Source: Candidatus Moraniibacteriota bacterium (GTDB lineage Bacteria; Patescibacteriota; Minisyncoccia; Moranbacterales; GCA-2747515). Taken from it: DNA of 64,000 bases. The notes under the pieces are model-generated. The model was not told where the DNA came from, made no database searches, and worked only from the letters and a program-made list of their open reading frames with translations. The position numbers and the translations under genes were made by a program. Shown here piece by piece: positions 1-9,460 of the stretch. Positions within the stretch are counted from its first letter, which is position 1. Each line of letters begins with the position of its first letter. The stretch is from NCBI GenBank assembly GCA_046116545.1, contig CP175956.1:961734-1025733 (forward strand). The letters are read 5' to 3'.

Positions 1-630
1 ATCTTTTCTTTTACGAAATGCTATTACCAAGTTAGCTCCGAATAATCCAAAAATAGCTCCAGATGCACCTATCCCTATAACTAATTTATCGACTGACTCA
101 AAAAGAGTTTGTGCAAAAAATACTGCTAAAATACCTGATATAAAATATATAAATAAATATCTTGAAACAGTTACTCGGCTCTCAACGTAAGCTCCTACCA
201 ACAACAAAAATAACATGTTACCAAGTAAATGCCACCAACTTTTATGTATGAACATACTCGTTACAGATGTGTAAAATGTTTTTAAAACATTTGTGTTTTT
301 CGTACTAAATCCAACAGCGTTGAATGCTTTAGTTTTCATTGAACCACACGTTTCTATAACATTATCATATTTATAACAATTATTTATATCATAATAACAA
401 GATTCTACATTTAAATTATTTCCATTAGCATACAAAATACAATCGATATACTCTTTTGATATCTCTTTTTTTTCAATACATTCAGGCGCAACACCCTTGA
501 TACAATCAAACGTATTAATAGTGTCTGGAGAGCTTAATACAAAAATATAAAAATATAAAAACACTACAACATTAATGATGATTAATATGTATGTAATATA
601 AGATTTGTAGAATATGTTTATTTTTCCCAT
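1..630 (-). CDS. Rhomboid-family intramembrane serine protease (3' end runs off window)
   Basis: Manual translation from ATG at 630 reads open toward position 1: MGKINIF...FIHKSWWHLLGNMLFLLLVGAYVE...IGASGAIFGLFGANL, with rhomboid HxxxN and GxSG motifs. Not in the ORF track because there is no stop in the window. Confidence 0.88.
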   Translation of the reverse strand, partial: MGKINIFYKSYITYILIIINVVVFLYFYIFVLSSPDTINTFDCIKGVAPECIEKKEISKEYIDCILYANGNNLNVESCYYDINNCYKYDNVIETCGSMKTKAFNAVGFSTKNTNVLKTFYTSVTSMFIHKSWWHLLGNMLFLLLVGAYVESRVTVSRYLFIYFISGILAVFFAQTLFESVDKLVIGIGASGAIFGLFGANLVIAFRKRKD

Positions 631-639
631 GAACTGACC

Positions 640-1554
640 TTACTTTTCCAAGTATTTTCTCACTGCTATAAAACTGCTTATAAATCCCAATGCTATACCT
701 AGTAAAATTATAGCTAGTATAACACCAACCATATTTTGATTGTAAAATGCTGCAATATTTGATTCTTCTATCACATTTTTAGCAAGTGGACTAATAGCAT
801 AAATTGTTATTATCAAAAATATTGACGCCACGATTGCACTAGCAAATCCATATAAAACACCTTCAACAAGAGTAGGTATTTTTATATACAGATTTGATGC
901 CCCTACCAATCGCATTACCTCGAACTCTTTTCTATGTGAATACAAACTCATTCTGATAGTATTCAATGTAACTAATACAGCAATTATGCCAAATAAAATT
1001 CCTAGCATAATTCCGCCATTTCTTATAAAAACTATAAAATCATGTAATTCATTTATGACTTCTTTATTTTTATCAAGATTAGTACTCATGATATAATCAC
1101 CATATTCTTGATATAGATAAGAATTTATTTTTTCATAATCAACAGTATCATGAGCTACTATAACCAATGAAGCTGGTAACGGATTTTCGCCTATCATATC
1201 TAGAGCCTCTCTTATCTCTTCACTATCACCTTCTCTTTCCATGAAGTCTTTCAAAGCATCATCCCTTGATATGTACGTCACTGACTGAACTTCTTTAACA
1301 GATTTTCCTTCTAATTCATTTTTAATTTCAATTATCCTCTCTTCATCTACAGTAAAATCAAAATACATACTTACATTAATTCTACTTTCAACAGAATCAA
1401 TTACATGCAAAACTCCAAATCCTAAAAATACAGCCACACCAATGAGATATAATGATAAAGACATTATAATAACAGTCGCTAATGTAAGCCACTTATCTCT
1501 ATAAAAATTTTGCCATCCTTCGCGTATTACACGCGCTAATTTAATTGTTTTCAT
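640..1554 (-). CDS. ftsX: Cell division permease-like protein FtsX
   Basis: N-terminal TM, extracellular domain with NPLPAS, C-terminal 'NTIRMSLYSHRKEFEVMRLVGAS' motif; directly downstream of ftsE. Confidence 0.93.
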   Translation of the reverse strand: MKTIKLARVIREGWQNFYRDKWLTLATVIIMSLSLYLIGVAVFLGFGVLHVIDSVESRINVSMYFDFTVDEERIIEIKNELEGKSVKEVQSVTYISRDDALKDFMEREGDSEEIREALDMIGENPLPASLVIVAHDTVDYEKINSYLYQEYGDYIMSTNLDKNKEVINELHDFIVFIRNGGIMLGILFGIIAVLVTLNTIRMSLYSHRKEFEVMRLVGASNLYIKIPTLVEGVLYGFASAIVASIFLIITIYAISPLAKNVIEESNIAAFYNQNMVGVILAIILLGIALGFISSFIAVRKYLEK

Positions 1555-1560
1555 AAATAT

Positions 1561-2253
1561 TTAACCACTAATAATATATTTACCATGTAGATCATCACGT
1601 ATTATGCGACCCTTATCCATCAAAATAACTCTCTTATTCAATTTATCAACAATTGATTTATCATGTGTAGCCAAAATAACAGTTGTTCCAAATGAATTGA
1701 TTTTCAATAATAGTTTTACAATTTCCAATGCTGAGATAGGATCCAGATTTCCCGTTGGTTCATCAGCAATGAGAACCCTTGGTCTGTGTATAACTGCTCT
1801 AGCTAGAGATATACGTTGCTGCTCACCTCCACTAATTTGGTGTGGATATCTATCAGCCTTACTTTCCATTTTTACAATACGTAACATATTTTCCACCTCA
1901 TCTGCAATTTGAGCATCTGACTTCCCTTGAACCTCCAATGTATATGCCACATTTTCAAATATAGTTTTTTGTGGTAATAATTTAAAATCTTGAAACACTG
2001 TTCCAAAATTTCTCCTAAAATGTGGTAAGATTTTTCTTTTCAAATCTGCAATATTTTTTCCTCCAAAATACACAGCTCCATCTGTAGGAAACTCATCTGC
2101 ATATATCATTTTTAATAAAGTTGACTTTCCAGCACCACTAGAGCCCACCAAGGAAACAAATTCTCCTTGATCAATTGTGCAATTGATATTATCCAATCCA
2201 ACAAATCCATCAGAATATTCTTTTGCTACATTTTCCAATGTAATTAATTTCAT
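1561..2253 (-). CDS. ftsE: Cell division ABC ATPase FtsE
   Basis: Walker A GSSGAGKST, VFQDFKLL, ISGGEQQR, ADEPTGNLDP; paired with ftsX. Confidence 0.95.
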   Translation of the reverse strand: MKLITLENVAKEYSDGFVGLDNINCTIDQGEFVSLVGSSGAGKSTLLKMIYADEFPTDGAVYFGGKNIADLKRKILPHFRRNFGTVFQDFKLLPQKTIFENVAYTLEVQGKSDAQIADEVENMLRIVKMESKADRYPHQISGGEQQRISLARAVIHRPRVLIADEPTGNLDPISALEIVKLLLKINSFGTTVILATHDKSIVDKLNKRVILMDKGRIIRDDLHGKYIISG

Positions 2254-2344
2254 ATCTTTATTTCATCTTCCATGACTCTCAGAGCAATGTAAGATTTTTT
2301 TATTTTATATCTAAATCTATACTGTAGTTAATTATACCACAAAA

Positions 2345-3425
2345 TTATTTCATTCTCAAAAATGCAGTTATGAATTCATCTATATCACCATCCAACACAT
2401 CATCAACTTGAGCTGACTCATGTTTTGTGCGATGATCTTTAACTAATTTATATGGATGTAGTACGTATGAACGTATCTGATTTCCCCAACCAGCTTCTTT
2501 CATTTCACCTCTCAACTCTCTTTTTTTAGCTTCTTTTTCTTCTAAAAATTGCTTATGCAATTTTGCTTTTAACATTTTCATTGCGTGTTCTTTATTCTGT
2601 GCTTGCGACCTCTCACTCTGACATTGAGCTGTTATCCCCGTTAGTTCATGAGTTATACGAACAGCACTATCAGTTGTATTTACATGTTGTCCACCTGCTC
2701 CAGATGCCCTGTAAGTATCAATACGCAAATCATCTGATTTTATTTCGAAATCTTCTACATCATCAATGATGGGCATTACATCCACACGAGCAAACGATGT
2801 TTGTCGTAAATTATCAGAATTAAACGGAGACAATCTCACCATCCTATGCACACCTGATTCTGCTCGCATATGACCATAAGCCCATCTTCCATCAATCTCT
2901 ATAGTTGCACTTTTAATTCCTGCCTCATTTCCATTAACCTTATCCAGTAATCGAACTTTAAACTCTTTATTTTCAGCCCATTTCATAAACATTCGCAAAA
3001 GCATTTCAGACCAATCTTGTGCATCTACACCACCAGCTCCAGTGTTAATAGTAACTATTGCACTATTTACATCATATTCCCCATCAAATAATGTATAAAA
3101 TTCTATTTGTTCAATATTTTTTTGCAATTGTACAACTTGTTTTTCTATATCAGTCCATTCTTCATCAGAACTCACTATCTCACATAACTCCTCTACATCA
3201 TTTAATTCTACTTCTAGCTTTTCAAAAGATTCTACTTCACTCCTTAATCCCTCAAGTTCTTGCATTATATTTTTTGCTCTAACTTGATCATCCCAAAAAC
3301 CCTCTTCACTCGAAAGAATTTCATTTTGAATTATTTTGTGCTTCTTATCTTCAACGTCAAAGAGATTCCCGCAACTGCAGGGATTTATCTTGTAATTTAT
3401 TAATTTTTTCTATAACTTCACGCAT
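2345..3425 (-). CDS. prfB: Peptide chain release factor 2, with programmed +1 frameshift
   Basis: SPF and GGQ motifs. Upstream ORF from ATG at 3425 (MREVIEKINKLQDKSLQLRESL) ends in CTT TGA C at 3362-3356 and continues in the +1 frame into the 306-aa ORF. Confidence 0.96.
3356..3372 (-). promoter_or_regulatory. RF2 autoregulatory +1 frameshift site with weak SD-like stimulator
   Basis: Minus strand reads GCGGGAA-TCT-CTT-TGA-C; the E. coli site is AGGGGG-TAT-CTT-TGA-C. Confidence 0.9.
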
Positions 3426-3446
3426 ATTTCATTTTTATTATTCACG

Positions 3447-3519
3447 AGCCATCCATCGGAATCGAACCGATGACCTACGCGTTACGAGTGCGTTGCTCTG
3501 CCAACTGAGCTAGAATGGC
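3447..3519 (-). tRNA. tRNA-Thr(CGT)
   Basis: GCCATTC/GGATGGC acceptor stem, D-arm TAGCTCAGTTGGCAGAGC, anticodon loop CT-CGT-AA, T-loop GGTTCGATTCC; CCA not encoded. Confidence 0.93.
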
Positions 3520-3582
3520 GTATGAAATAAGTATGCCACACTTATTTTAACAAAACAATATATTTAAAAGATACCAAAAAAT

Positions 3583-3612
3583 AAAAACATCTCATTTTCA
3601 GAGATGTTTTTA
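3583..3612. terminator. Hairpin / probable intrinsic terminator between tRNA-His and tRNA-Thr
   Basis: aaaaacatctc-attttca-gagatgttttt inverted repeat with A/T tails. Confidence 0.55.
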
Positions 3613-3619
3613 TATATTT

Positions 3620-3694
3620 TGGGCGACTAGAGGGAATTGAACCCTCATCCTCGGTACCACAAACCGATGTTCTAACCGTTGAACTATAGTCGCC
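3620..3694 (-). tRNA. tRNA-His(GTG)
   Basis: G-1 plus GCGACTA/TAGTCGC-C acceptor, anticodon arm TCGGT-TTGTGGT-ACCGA, T-loop GGTTCAATTCC. Confidence 0.94.
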
Positions 3695-3743
3695 ACGATA
3701 AAAACGTTTTACTTAAAATATTATACCAGAATATTTCAAAAAA

Positions 3744-4589
3744 TCAAGTCTCATTTTTCAAATCTACAATAGCCTTAGCTTCTGCTACAATTTGTTCTAA
3801 TTTTCTACCTCTAACTCCAGCATGTTCAAGTATATCTTTTTTATATTCAACCTCCCTGCATAATATCAAACCCTTACTCAAAATTGTATCTTTTTGTCTT
3901 TTGGATAATTTTGTTATGGCTGTTATTGGATGTAATCCTGTCTTATCAATTAACTCTGCCAAACTTTTGCCATGTGGATATCTCCAACTCATAAGCTCAA
4001 TTCCTGCACATCTTGCATAATCAACTGCCTGTGAAGTAAATTGTGTATTTGTAACAAGCCATAATTTATGAAGATGTTTATCTCTTCCCTCATGTATTCC
4101 ATCCCATCTTTTTTTTATATCATCAAATCTTGCCTTCATATACAATACAGTTTGTACATCACTTTTATACCCCAACTTATTATGAAATTTACATTCAAAT
4201 ATGAAATGTCTATTATCTCTATATGCCATTACATCAATCTCATGCGTTATACAACTCCCTCTAAGTGTTCTATTTGTACTTGTTTTATATCCACGAGCAT
4301 CTAAAAGACGTGCTACAAACTGTTCAAAAGGATACCCACTTGGACCAAGCATCTTCAGAGCTCTTTTTAAATTATATCTTGCAGCTGTTGGTGCATTACG
4401 TGTTTTTAATTTATTGTATGCAGATCTATGAATTTTCACAGTAGTATCTAAATTTGATTCTTTTGAGATTTCTTTTGCAACAGCCTTTGCCCTTTCACTA
4501 TCAATTCCAGCACGCTCAAGAGACCTCTGTAATTTACTTGCAGAAAACTCTTCTTTTTCCCCTGTTGTTTTTTTTATTTCTTTATTCAT
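3744..4589 (-). CDS. ATP-cone domain fused to a PD-(D/E)XK (Mrr-like) restriction-endonuclease domain
   Basis: N-terminal 'IKKTTGEKEEFSASKLQRSL' ATP-cone pattern; FEQFVARLL...HEIDVMA...FECK nuclease motif. Likely start is ATG 4589, overlapping the stop of the LOG gene. Confidence 0.8.
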   Translation of the reverse strand: MNKEIKKTTGEKEEFSASKLQRSLERAGIDSERAKAVAKEISKESNLDTTVKIHRSAYNKLKTRNAPTAARYNLKRALKMLGPSGYPFEQFVARLLDARGYKTSTNRTLRGSCITHEIDVMAYRDNRHFIFECKFHNKLGYKSDVQTVLYMKARFDDIKKRWDGIHEGRDKHLHKLWLVTNTQFTSQAVDYARCAGIELMSWRYPHGKSLAELIDKTGLHPITAITKLSKRQKDTILSKGLILCREVEYKKDILEHAGVRGRKLEQIVAEAKAIVDLKNET

Positions 4590-5343
4590 TACAGACACCA
4601 TTTATATCACATGTATCAATAATCTCACAAGCCTCCTCAGCAGTATCTACTAAATGAAATAGTTCCATATCTTCTTCTTTTATTGCACGATTTTTTCCCC
4701 AAACTACACCACGAATCCAATCTACTAAAGGACCCCAATACTCCTTATTAACAAGTATTACTGGAATAGGTTTTGTCTTACCTGTTTGTATAAGAGTAAG
4801 CATTTCAAATAATTCATCAAGCGTACCAAATCCTCCTGGAAAAAATATGTATACTTGTGACGCAAATGAAAGTATCACCTTTCTGGAAAAAAAGAAATCA
4901 AATGATTCTGAATCAGTAATATACTGATTTTTACGTTCTGTCACACTATGATTTGGTAAATTAATATTAATTCCAACACTTCTACCATTAGCCTCTTTTG
5001 CACCCTTATTAGCAGCTTCCATAATACCAGGACCGCCGCCAGTAAATACCGCAAAGTCTCTTTCAGCTAATTTATATGCCAATTTTTCTGCTTCTTGATA
5101 TACATCATTATCAAAACCAAATCTAGCACTACCAAAAATACTAGCAGCCTTATCAAAACGCGATAGGAAATCATGACCTTTAACAAATTCTGATTGAATC
5201 TTTAAAATCCTCCATGATAAACCACTTGTATAATGTTCTTCCTCAGCAATTTCTGGAGACAAAAACTCACGTTCACGATTTAATGACACATCAAACTTTT
5301 CACCTCCCACAGTAAATGTTACTTGTTTATCTTTATCTATCAT
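4582..5343 (-). CDS. LOG/SLOG-family nucleotide phosphoribohydrolase (TIGR00730-like)
   Basis: SIFGSAR, TGGGPGIMEAANKGA and PGGFGTLDELFE motifs. Confidence 0.92.
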   Translation of the reverse strand: MIDKDKQVTFTVGGEKFDVSLNREREFLSPEIAEEEHYTSGLSWRILKIQSEFVKGHDFLSRFDKAASIFGSARFGFDNDVYQEAEKLAYKLAERDFAVFTGGGPGIMEAANKGAKEANGRSVGININLPNHSVTERKNQYITDSESFDFFFSRKVILSFASQVYIFFPGGFGTLDELFEMLTLIQTGKTKPIPVILVNKEYWGPLVDWIRGVVWGKNRAIKEEDMELFHLVDTAEEACEIIDTCDINGVCNE

Positions 5344-5402
5344 ATTTTTATTTTGTCCAACATAACTACTTCAAATTGAGTAAATGAGGATTCCATTTTT
5401 AT

Positions 5403-7298
5403 TTAATTATTTTCTTCTATACTTTTTATAATAGCATTAAAATCAATTTCTTCATATTTCAATAACTCTTCTGTGGTACCACTTTGTGGAATACGTTTAA
5501 CAGATAAACTACTTATATTTCCATTAAAACCATCTAATGCACTTCTAACAGCTTCGTACATACCTCCTTCAGAATAACCATCCTCAACTACAATTATGTT
5601 TTTTATATCTCCTATATTTTTAATTAATGATTTACCATTTATCGGTTTTACACAATACAAATCAATGATACGTATACTTTTATTTTTTACTTTCAGTATT
5701 TCGTATGCTTTCAATGCTTCTGTTATCGTTATCCCTGCTGCAATTATAACTGCGATATCTTCATCACTGCCCTTCAATATTTTTGAATCACCAATTTTAA
5801 ACTCATCCTTTTTACCATATAGCACACTTGTTTTTTCACGAGTTGTTCTAATATAATTTATACCTTCACCACAATTTTTTATTAAAAATTTTGCAGATAT
5901 AATATCAGATGGATACAAGACTTTACCATCAATAATTGACCTCATCATAGCTATATCACTGAGTCCCATCTGTGAACTACCATCAGCACCAATAGAAACG
6001 CCAGCATGAGAACCTACAAATGTAATATTGCTTTCACTGAGTCTTGCCATTCTTATTTGATCATGAGCTCTTGTAAAAAATGCAGCAAAGGTTGAGCAAA
6101 ATGGTTTATATCCCATACGTGACAGTCCAACGGCAACACTTACCATATTTTGTTCAGCTATGAACATTTCGAAAAACCTTTCAGGATAATATGCTTTTAC
6201 TTTCTCGGACCTAGTTGAATTACTAACCTCAGCATCCAAAACAATTATCTTTTCATCTTCACTCATCATTTCCACAAGTGCATCGCCATAAGCATCACGA
6301 GTTGCATACTTTTCATCAATATTAAATTCACTACCAACACTATTGTCATTCCTGCGAAGGCAGGAATCTTTCTGCAAAACTATAGATGCATCACTTGATA
6401 AATACTTACCGTCTCGAGACTGACAAGGTTGTGGCAACGCAATAGAACCACGTACATCAAAATCAATATCTCCAAGTTCATTTACTGCCTCAATAAATTC
6501 TTCTTCCTTCAAAACTTTTCCATGCCAACTATATTTATCTTCCAAAAATGATATGCCACGCCCCTTATATGTTTTTGCAATTATCATCAATGGTTTTTTA
6601 TGCTCCCCTATCATATCTTTATATACCCTCAATATTTCGTCCACATCATGACCATCTACAACAACACTTCTCCAGCCAAAAGCTTTTGCACGTGCTACAT
6701 ATTTATCCACATCATGACCATCCATAGTCTCACCCCTCTGCCCAAGCCTATTTACATCAACTACTGCAATCAGATTTCCTAATTCATAATAACTAGCAAG
6801 ATTCATTGCTTCCCAAACTTGACCCTCAGCCATTTCACTATCTCCCAACAGCACATAAGTTTTAGCAATAGATTTGTCTATTTTTTTTTGAGCTAACGCC
6901 ATACCCACTCCCACAGAAAGTCCTTGACCAAGAGAGCCCGTGGATGCTTCAGTAAACGGAAACTTCATTGTAGGATGTCCTTCTAAATTACTCCCAAACT
7001 TTCTAAAGGTGTTTAATTCTTCTGGTTTTACAGCGCCAGCAGCTGTCCACAAAGAATAAAAAAGTGGCGAAGCATGTCCTTTTGAGAAAATAAGCCTATC
7101 ATTATTTTCATCTCTTATGTTTTTTATATCAAACTTAAAAACTCCAGAAAACATAAGTGAACTCATTATTTCTACAGCACTAAGTGAAGATGTAGGATGA
7201 CCAGAACCAGCTGTTGTAGTCATATCCAAAATCCAATATCTAAGCAATTTATTTATTTTTTCTAGTTGTTGTATTTTTTCTTTTTGTTTTATTGACAT
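5403..7298 (-). CDS. tkt: Transketolase (single chain)
   Basis: SGHPTSSLS, FSKGHA, TGSLGQG, ThDP-binding GDSE...N, IAEQNMV, SHAGVSIGADGSSQ. Confidence 0.94.
   Translation of the reverse strand: MSIKQKEKIQQLEKINKLLRYWILDMTTTAGSGHPTSSLSAVEIMSSLMFSGVFKFDIKNIRDENNDRLIFSKGHASPLFYSLWTAAGAVKPEELNTFRKFGSNLEGHPTMKFPFTEASTGSLGQGLSVGVGMALAQKKIDKSIAKTYVLLGDSEMAEGQVWEAMNLASYYELGNLIAVVDVNRLGQRGETMDGHDVDKYVARAKAFGWRSVVVDGHDVDEILRVYKDMIGEHKKPLMIIAKTYKGRGISFLEDKYSWHGKVLKEEEFIEAVNELGDIDFDVRGSIALPQPCQSRDGKYLSSDASIVLQKDSCLRRNDNSVGSEFNIDEKYATRDAYGDALVEMMSEDEKIIVLDAEVSNSTRSEKVKAYYPERFFEMFIAEQNMVSVAVGLSRMGYKPFCSTFAAFFTRAHDQIRMARLSESNITFVGSHAGVSIGADGSSQMGLSDIAMMRSIIDGKVLYPSDIISAKFLIKNCGEGINYIRTTREKTSVLYGKKDEFKIGDSKILKGSDEDIAVIIAAGITITEALKAYEILKVKNKSIRIIDLYCVKPINGKSLIKNIGDIKNIIVVEDGYSEGGMYEAVRSALDGFNGNISSLSVKRIPQSGTTEELLKYEEIDFNAIIKSIEENN
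6345..6425. repeat. Palindromic repeat (RPE/dRS3-like) embedded in frame in tkt
   Basis: GTCATTCCTGCGAAGGCAGGAATCT hairpin at 6345-6369 (translated DSCLRRND) and a degenerate other end GTCTCGAGACTGACA at 6411-6425. Confidence 0.72.
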
Positions 7299-7377
7299 TT
7301 CAAGTTTTATTATATAAACTATGATATCGTCCTTTTACATATACATATTACCACAATTTTACACATAGGAGAAAATC

Positions 7378-7842
7378 ATGAGTGATAATGTAAAGAATAT
7401 CTTATTAAAAGCTTCTGGAGATGTTTTTAAAAGCAAAGATTTTAAACATTTTGCAACAGAGCTGGCAACAAAATCTTTTGTTGTTATTGTAGTTGGTGGT
7501 GGAACAGAAATCAGCAAAAGACTAGAGGCAGCTGGTTATACCATTGCCTTTGATGATGTCCATGGACGAATCACTGAAAGCTGGGAAGAACGTAAAATAG
7601 CCCGTAACGTCTTGGAAGAAAATACCAAAAAACTACAAGATGATTTAGTAGGAACTGGTGCATTTGTCATTCCTTCAGTTATTGATATTGCTGGTGTAAC
7701 ATGTCATATTAATGGTGATAACTATATCAAGTCTGCATACCTTGGCTTTGATGAGTTGTATGTATTTACAACAGCTGAACGTATAGAAGCTAAATCTAAA
7801 ATATTTAGTAGCTATCCAAAAGTAAAAGTACGTGCCGTTTAA
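7378..7842 (+). CDS. Short amino-acid-kinase (AAK) fold-like protein
   Basis: ILLKASGDV, VVIVVGGG and HINGD resemble AAK-family motifs; only 154 aa; AGGAG SD upstream. Confidence 0.6.
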   Translation: MSDNVKNILLKASGDVFKSKDFKHFATELATKSFVVIVVGGGTEISKRLEAAGYTIAFDDVHGRITESWEERKIARNVLEENTKKLQDDLVGTGAFVIPSVIDIAGVTCHINGDNYIKSAYLGFDELYVFTTAERIEAKSKIFSSYPKVKVRAV

Positions 7843-7877
7843 AAAGTTATCCGTAAAAGAATTAAAATAAATTATAG

Positions 7878-7910
7878 AGCAATTAACTACAAGTAGTTAA
7901 TTGCTTTTTT
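7878..7910 (+). terminator. Intrinsic terminator after the AAK-like gene
   Basis: agcaattaactac-aa-gtagttaattgct followed by a T-tract. Confidence 0.75.
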
Positions 7911-7916
7911 ATATAA

Positions 7917-7952
7917 AAAGTCCAACCTAAGGTCGACCCCCGGTTGGACTTT
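7917..7952. repeat. GC-richer hairpin (terminator or REP-like) downstream of gdh
   Basis: aaagtccaacc...ggttggacttt inverted repeat around aaggtcgaccc. Confidence 0.5.
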
Positions 7953-7956
7953 ATCA

Positions 7957-7990
7957 AAATTCTTAATTCTTAATTCTTAATTCTTAATTC
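7957..7990. repeat. Heptamer tandem repeat (AATTCTT) x4-5
   Basis: aattcttaattcttaattcttaattcttaattc next to the gdh stop codon. Confidence 0.85.
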
Positions 7991-7991
7991 C

Positions 7992-9254
7992 TTAAATCCA
8001 ACCCCTTCCCTGCATTGCACTTTCAATCCTTTCTATCGCAAGTATAAATGAAGCTTTTCTATAATCAATTTTATATTTCTTAGCTTTATTACAAACATTG
8101 TCATATGATTCAATCATAATTTCTGCTAATTTTCTATTTGTCTCACTCTCACTCCAAGATGTGTTTTGCATGTTTTGTAGCCACTCAAAATATGAAACTG
8201 TAACACCTCCAGCATTTGCCAATACATCAGGAATAATTACAACATCTTTTTTATATAAAATTTCATCAGCTTCTGGAGTTGTTGGTCCATTTGCTAATTC
8301 TATAATTGTAGTTGCTTTTATATTGTCTGCATTGTCCTGCGTTATTTGATTTTCAATCGCTGCTGGCACCAACACATCACAATCCATTTCCAATAATTCT
8401 TCATTTGTTGCACTTAAATACTCATCTGTATCACATACTGATTTATCACAATAAATTTTGCCTTTTTTATTTTTCATATCAATGACCCTTGTCACATCAA
8501 TACCTTTACCATTTTTACTAACAATTGCACCACGTGAATCACTAACTCCAACTACTTTATACCCTGCTTCATGTACCAGTGTTGCAAAAACCTGACCAGC
8601 ATTTCCAAATCCCTGAATAGCAATTCTTAAGTCCTCTGGCTTTTTATTTAGTTTCTCTGCAATTCGCTCAAGCAAAACAAATCCACCTCTAGCAGTTGCA
8701 GTTGCTCTTGCAGTGATACCACCTATTGCAACTGGCTTTCCCGTGAATGATCCCGGCACAGTATAACCTTTAAGTCTAGAATACTGATCCATCATCCATC
8801 CCATTATCTGTTCATTTGTATAAACATCTGGAGCTGGTATATCAATCTTTGGACCAATTTCTAAATAAAGACCCCTAACATATCCACGACTAAGCTCTTG
8901 TAATTCAGCATCTGACAACTCTTTAGGATTCACTTCCACTCCACCCTTAGCTCCACCATATGGTATATCCACAACAGCACATTTAATAGCCATCCAAAAA
9001 GCCAATGCTTTCACTTCATCGATATCAACCGCAGGATGAAATCTCACACCTCCCTTATACGGACCACGTGCATTATTATGTTGTACACGATAACCTCGAA
9101 ATGTCTTTAATTTCCCATCATCCATCTTCACAGGAATCGCAATTTCATGGATTCTTTGAGGACTTTTTAACATCTCAATTGTATCTTTATCTATATTTGC
9201 AACTTCAGCAGCATTTTTCAACTGTTGCATTGCATTTTCAAATGGATTTTGCAT
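7992..9254 (-). CDS. gdhA: Glu/Leu/Phe/Val dehydrogenase (glutamate dehydrogenase)
   Basis: GPYKGGVRFHP, GGAKGG, DIPAPDV, GFGNAG, NAGGVTVSYFEW. Likely start is MQNPF at 9254; the longer start lies in a palindrome. Confidence 0.93.
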   Translation of the reverse strand: MQNPFENAMQQLKNAAEVANIDKDTIEMLKSPQRIHEIAIPVKMDDGKLKTFRGYRVQHNNARGPYKGGVRFHPAVDIDEVKALAFWMAIKCAVVDIPYGGAKGGVEVNPKELSDAELQELSRGYVRGLYLEIGPKIDIPAPDVYTNEQIMGWMMDQYSRLKGYTVPGSFTGKPVAIGGITARATATARGGFVLLERIAEKLNKKPEDLRIAIQGFGNAGQVFATLVHEAGYKVVGVSDSRGAIVSKNGKGIDVTRVIDMKNKKGKIYCDKSVCDTDEYLSATNEELLEMDCDVLVPAAIENQITQDNADNIKATTIIELANGPTTPEADEILYKKDVVIIPDVLANAGGVTVSYFEWLQNMQNTSWSESETNRKLAEIMIESYDNVCNKAKKYKIDYRKASFILAIERIESAMQGRGWI

Positions 9255-9259
9255 AATTT

Positions 9260-9289
9260 TGTAGAGACACATTGCAATGTGTCTCTACA
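9260..9289. repeat. Perfect 30-bp GTAG-type REP-like palindrome
   Basis: tgtagagacacattg|caatgtgtctctaca is self-complementary and starts with the GTAG tetranucleotide. Confidence 0.85.
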
Positions 9290-9346
9290 TCATTACAATA
9301 TTTCTCTTATTTTTTAATAATTAGTAATAAAATTTGTCTCATTACT

Positions 9347-9445
9347 CCCTCTCCCTATGGGAGAGGGCTGGGGTGAGGGTAAAAATTATTAAGTTTATCG
9401 CACTTTACAACTCTATCTATCTACCCCTCACCTCAGGGGAGAGGC
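9347..9445. repeat. CCCTCTCCC/GGGAGAGGG-type intergenic palindromic repeat pair
   Basis: ccctctccc-tat-gggagaggg-ctggggtgaggg at 9347-9379 and an inverted degenerate partner cccctcacctcagggggagagg near 9424-9445; a GC-rich island in AT-rich DNA. Confidence 0.7.
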
Positions 9446-9460
9446 GGTTTTTAAAAATCA

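Noticed and set aside
2345-3425. prfB as a pseudogene, or TGA recoding (code 25)
   Set aside because: The in-frame TGA is the canonical RF2 programmed frameshift, and RF2 presence argues for code 11.
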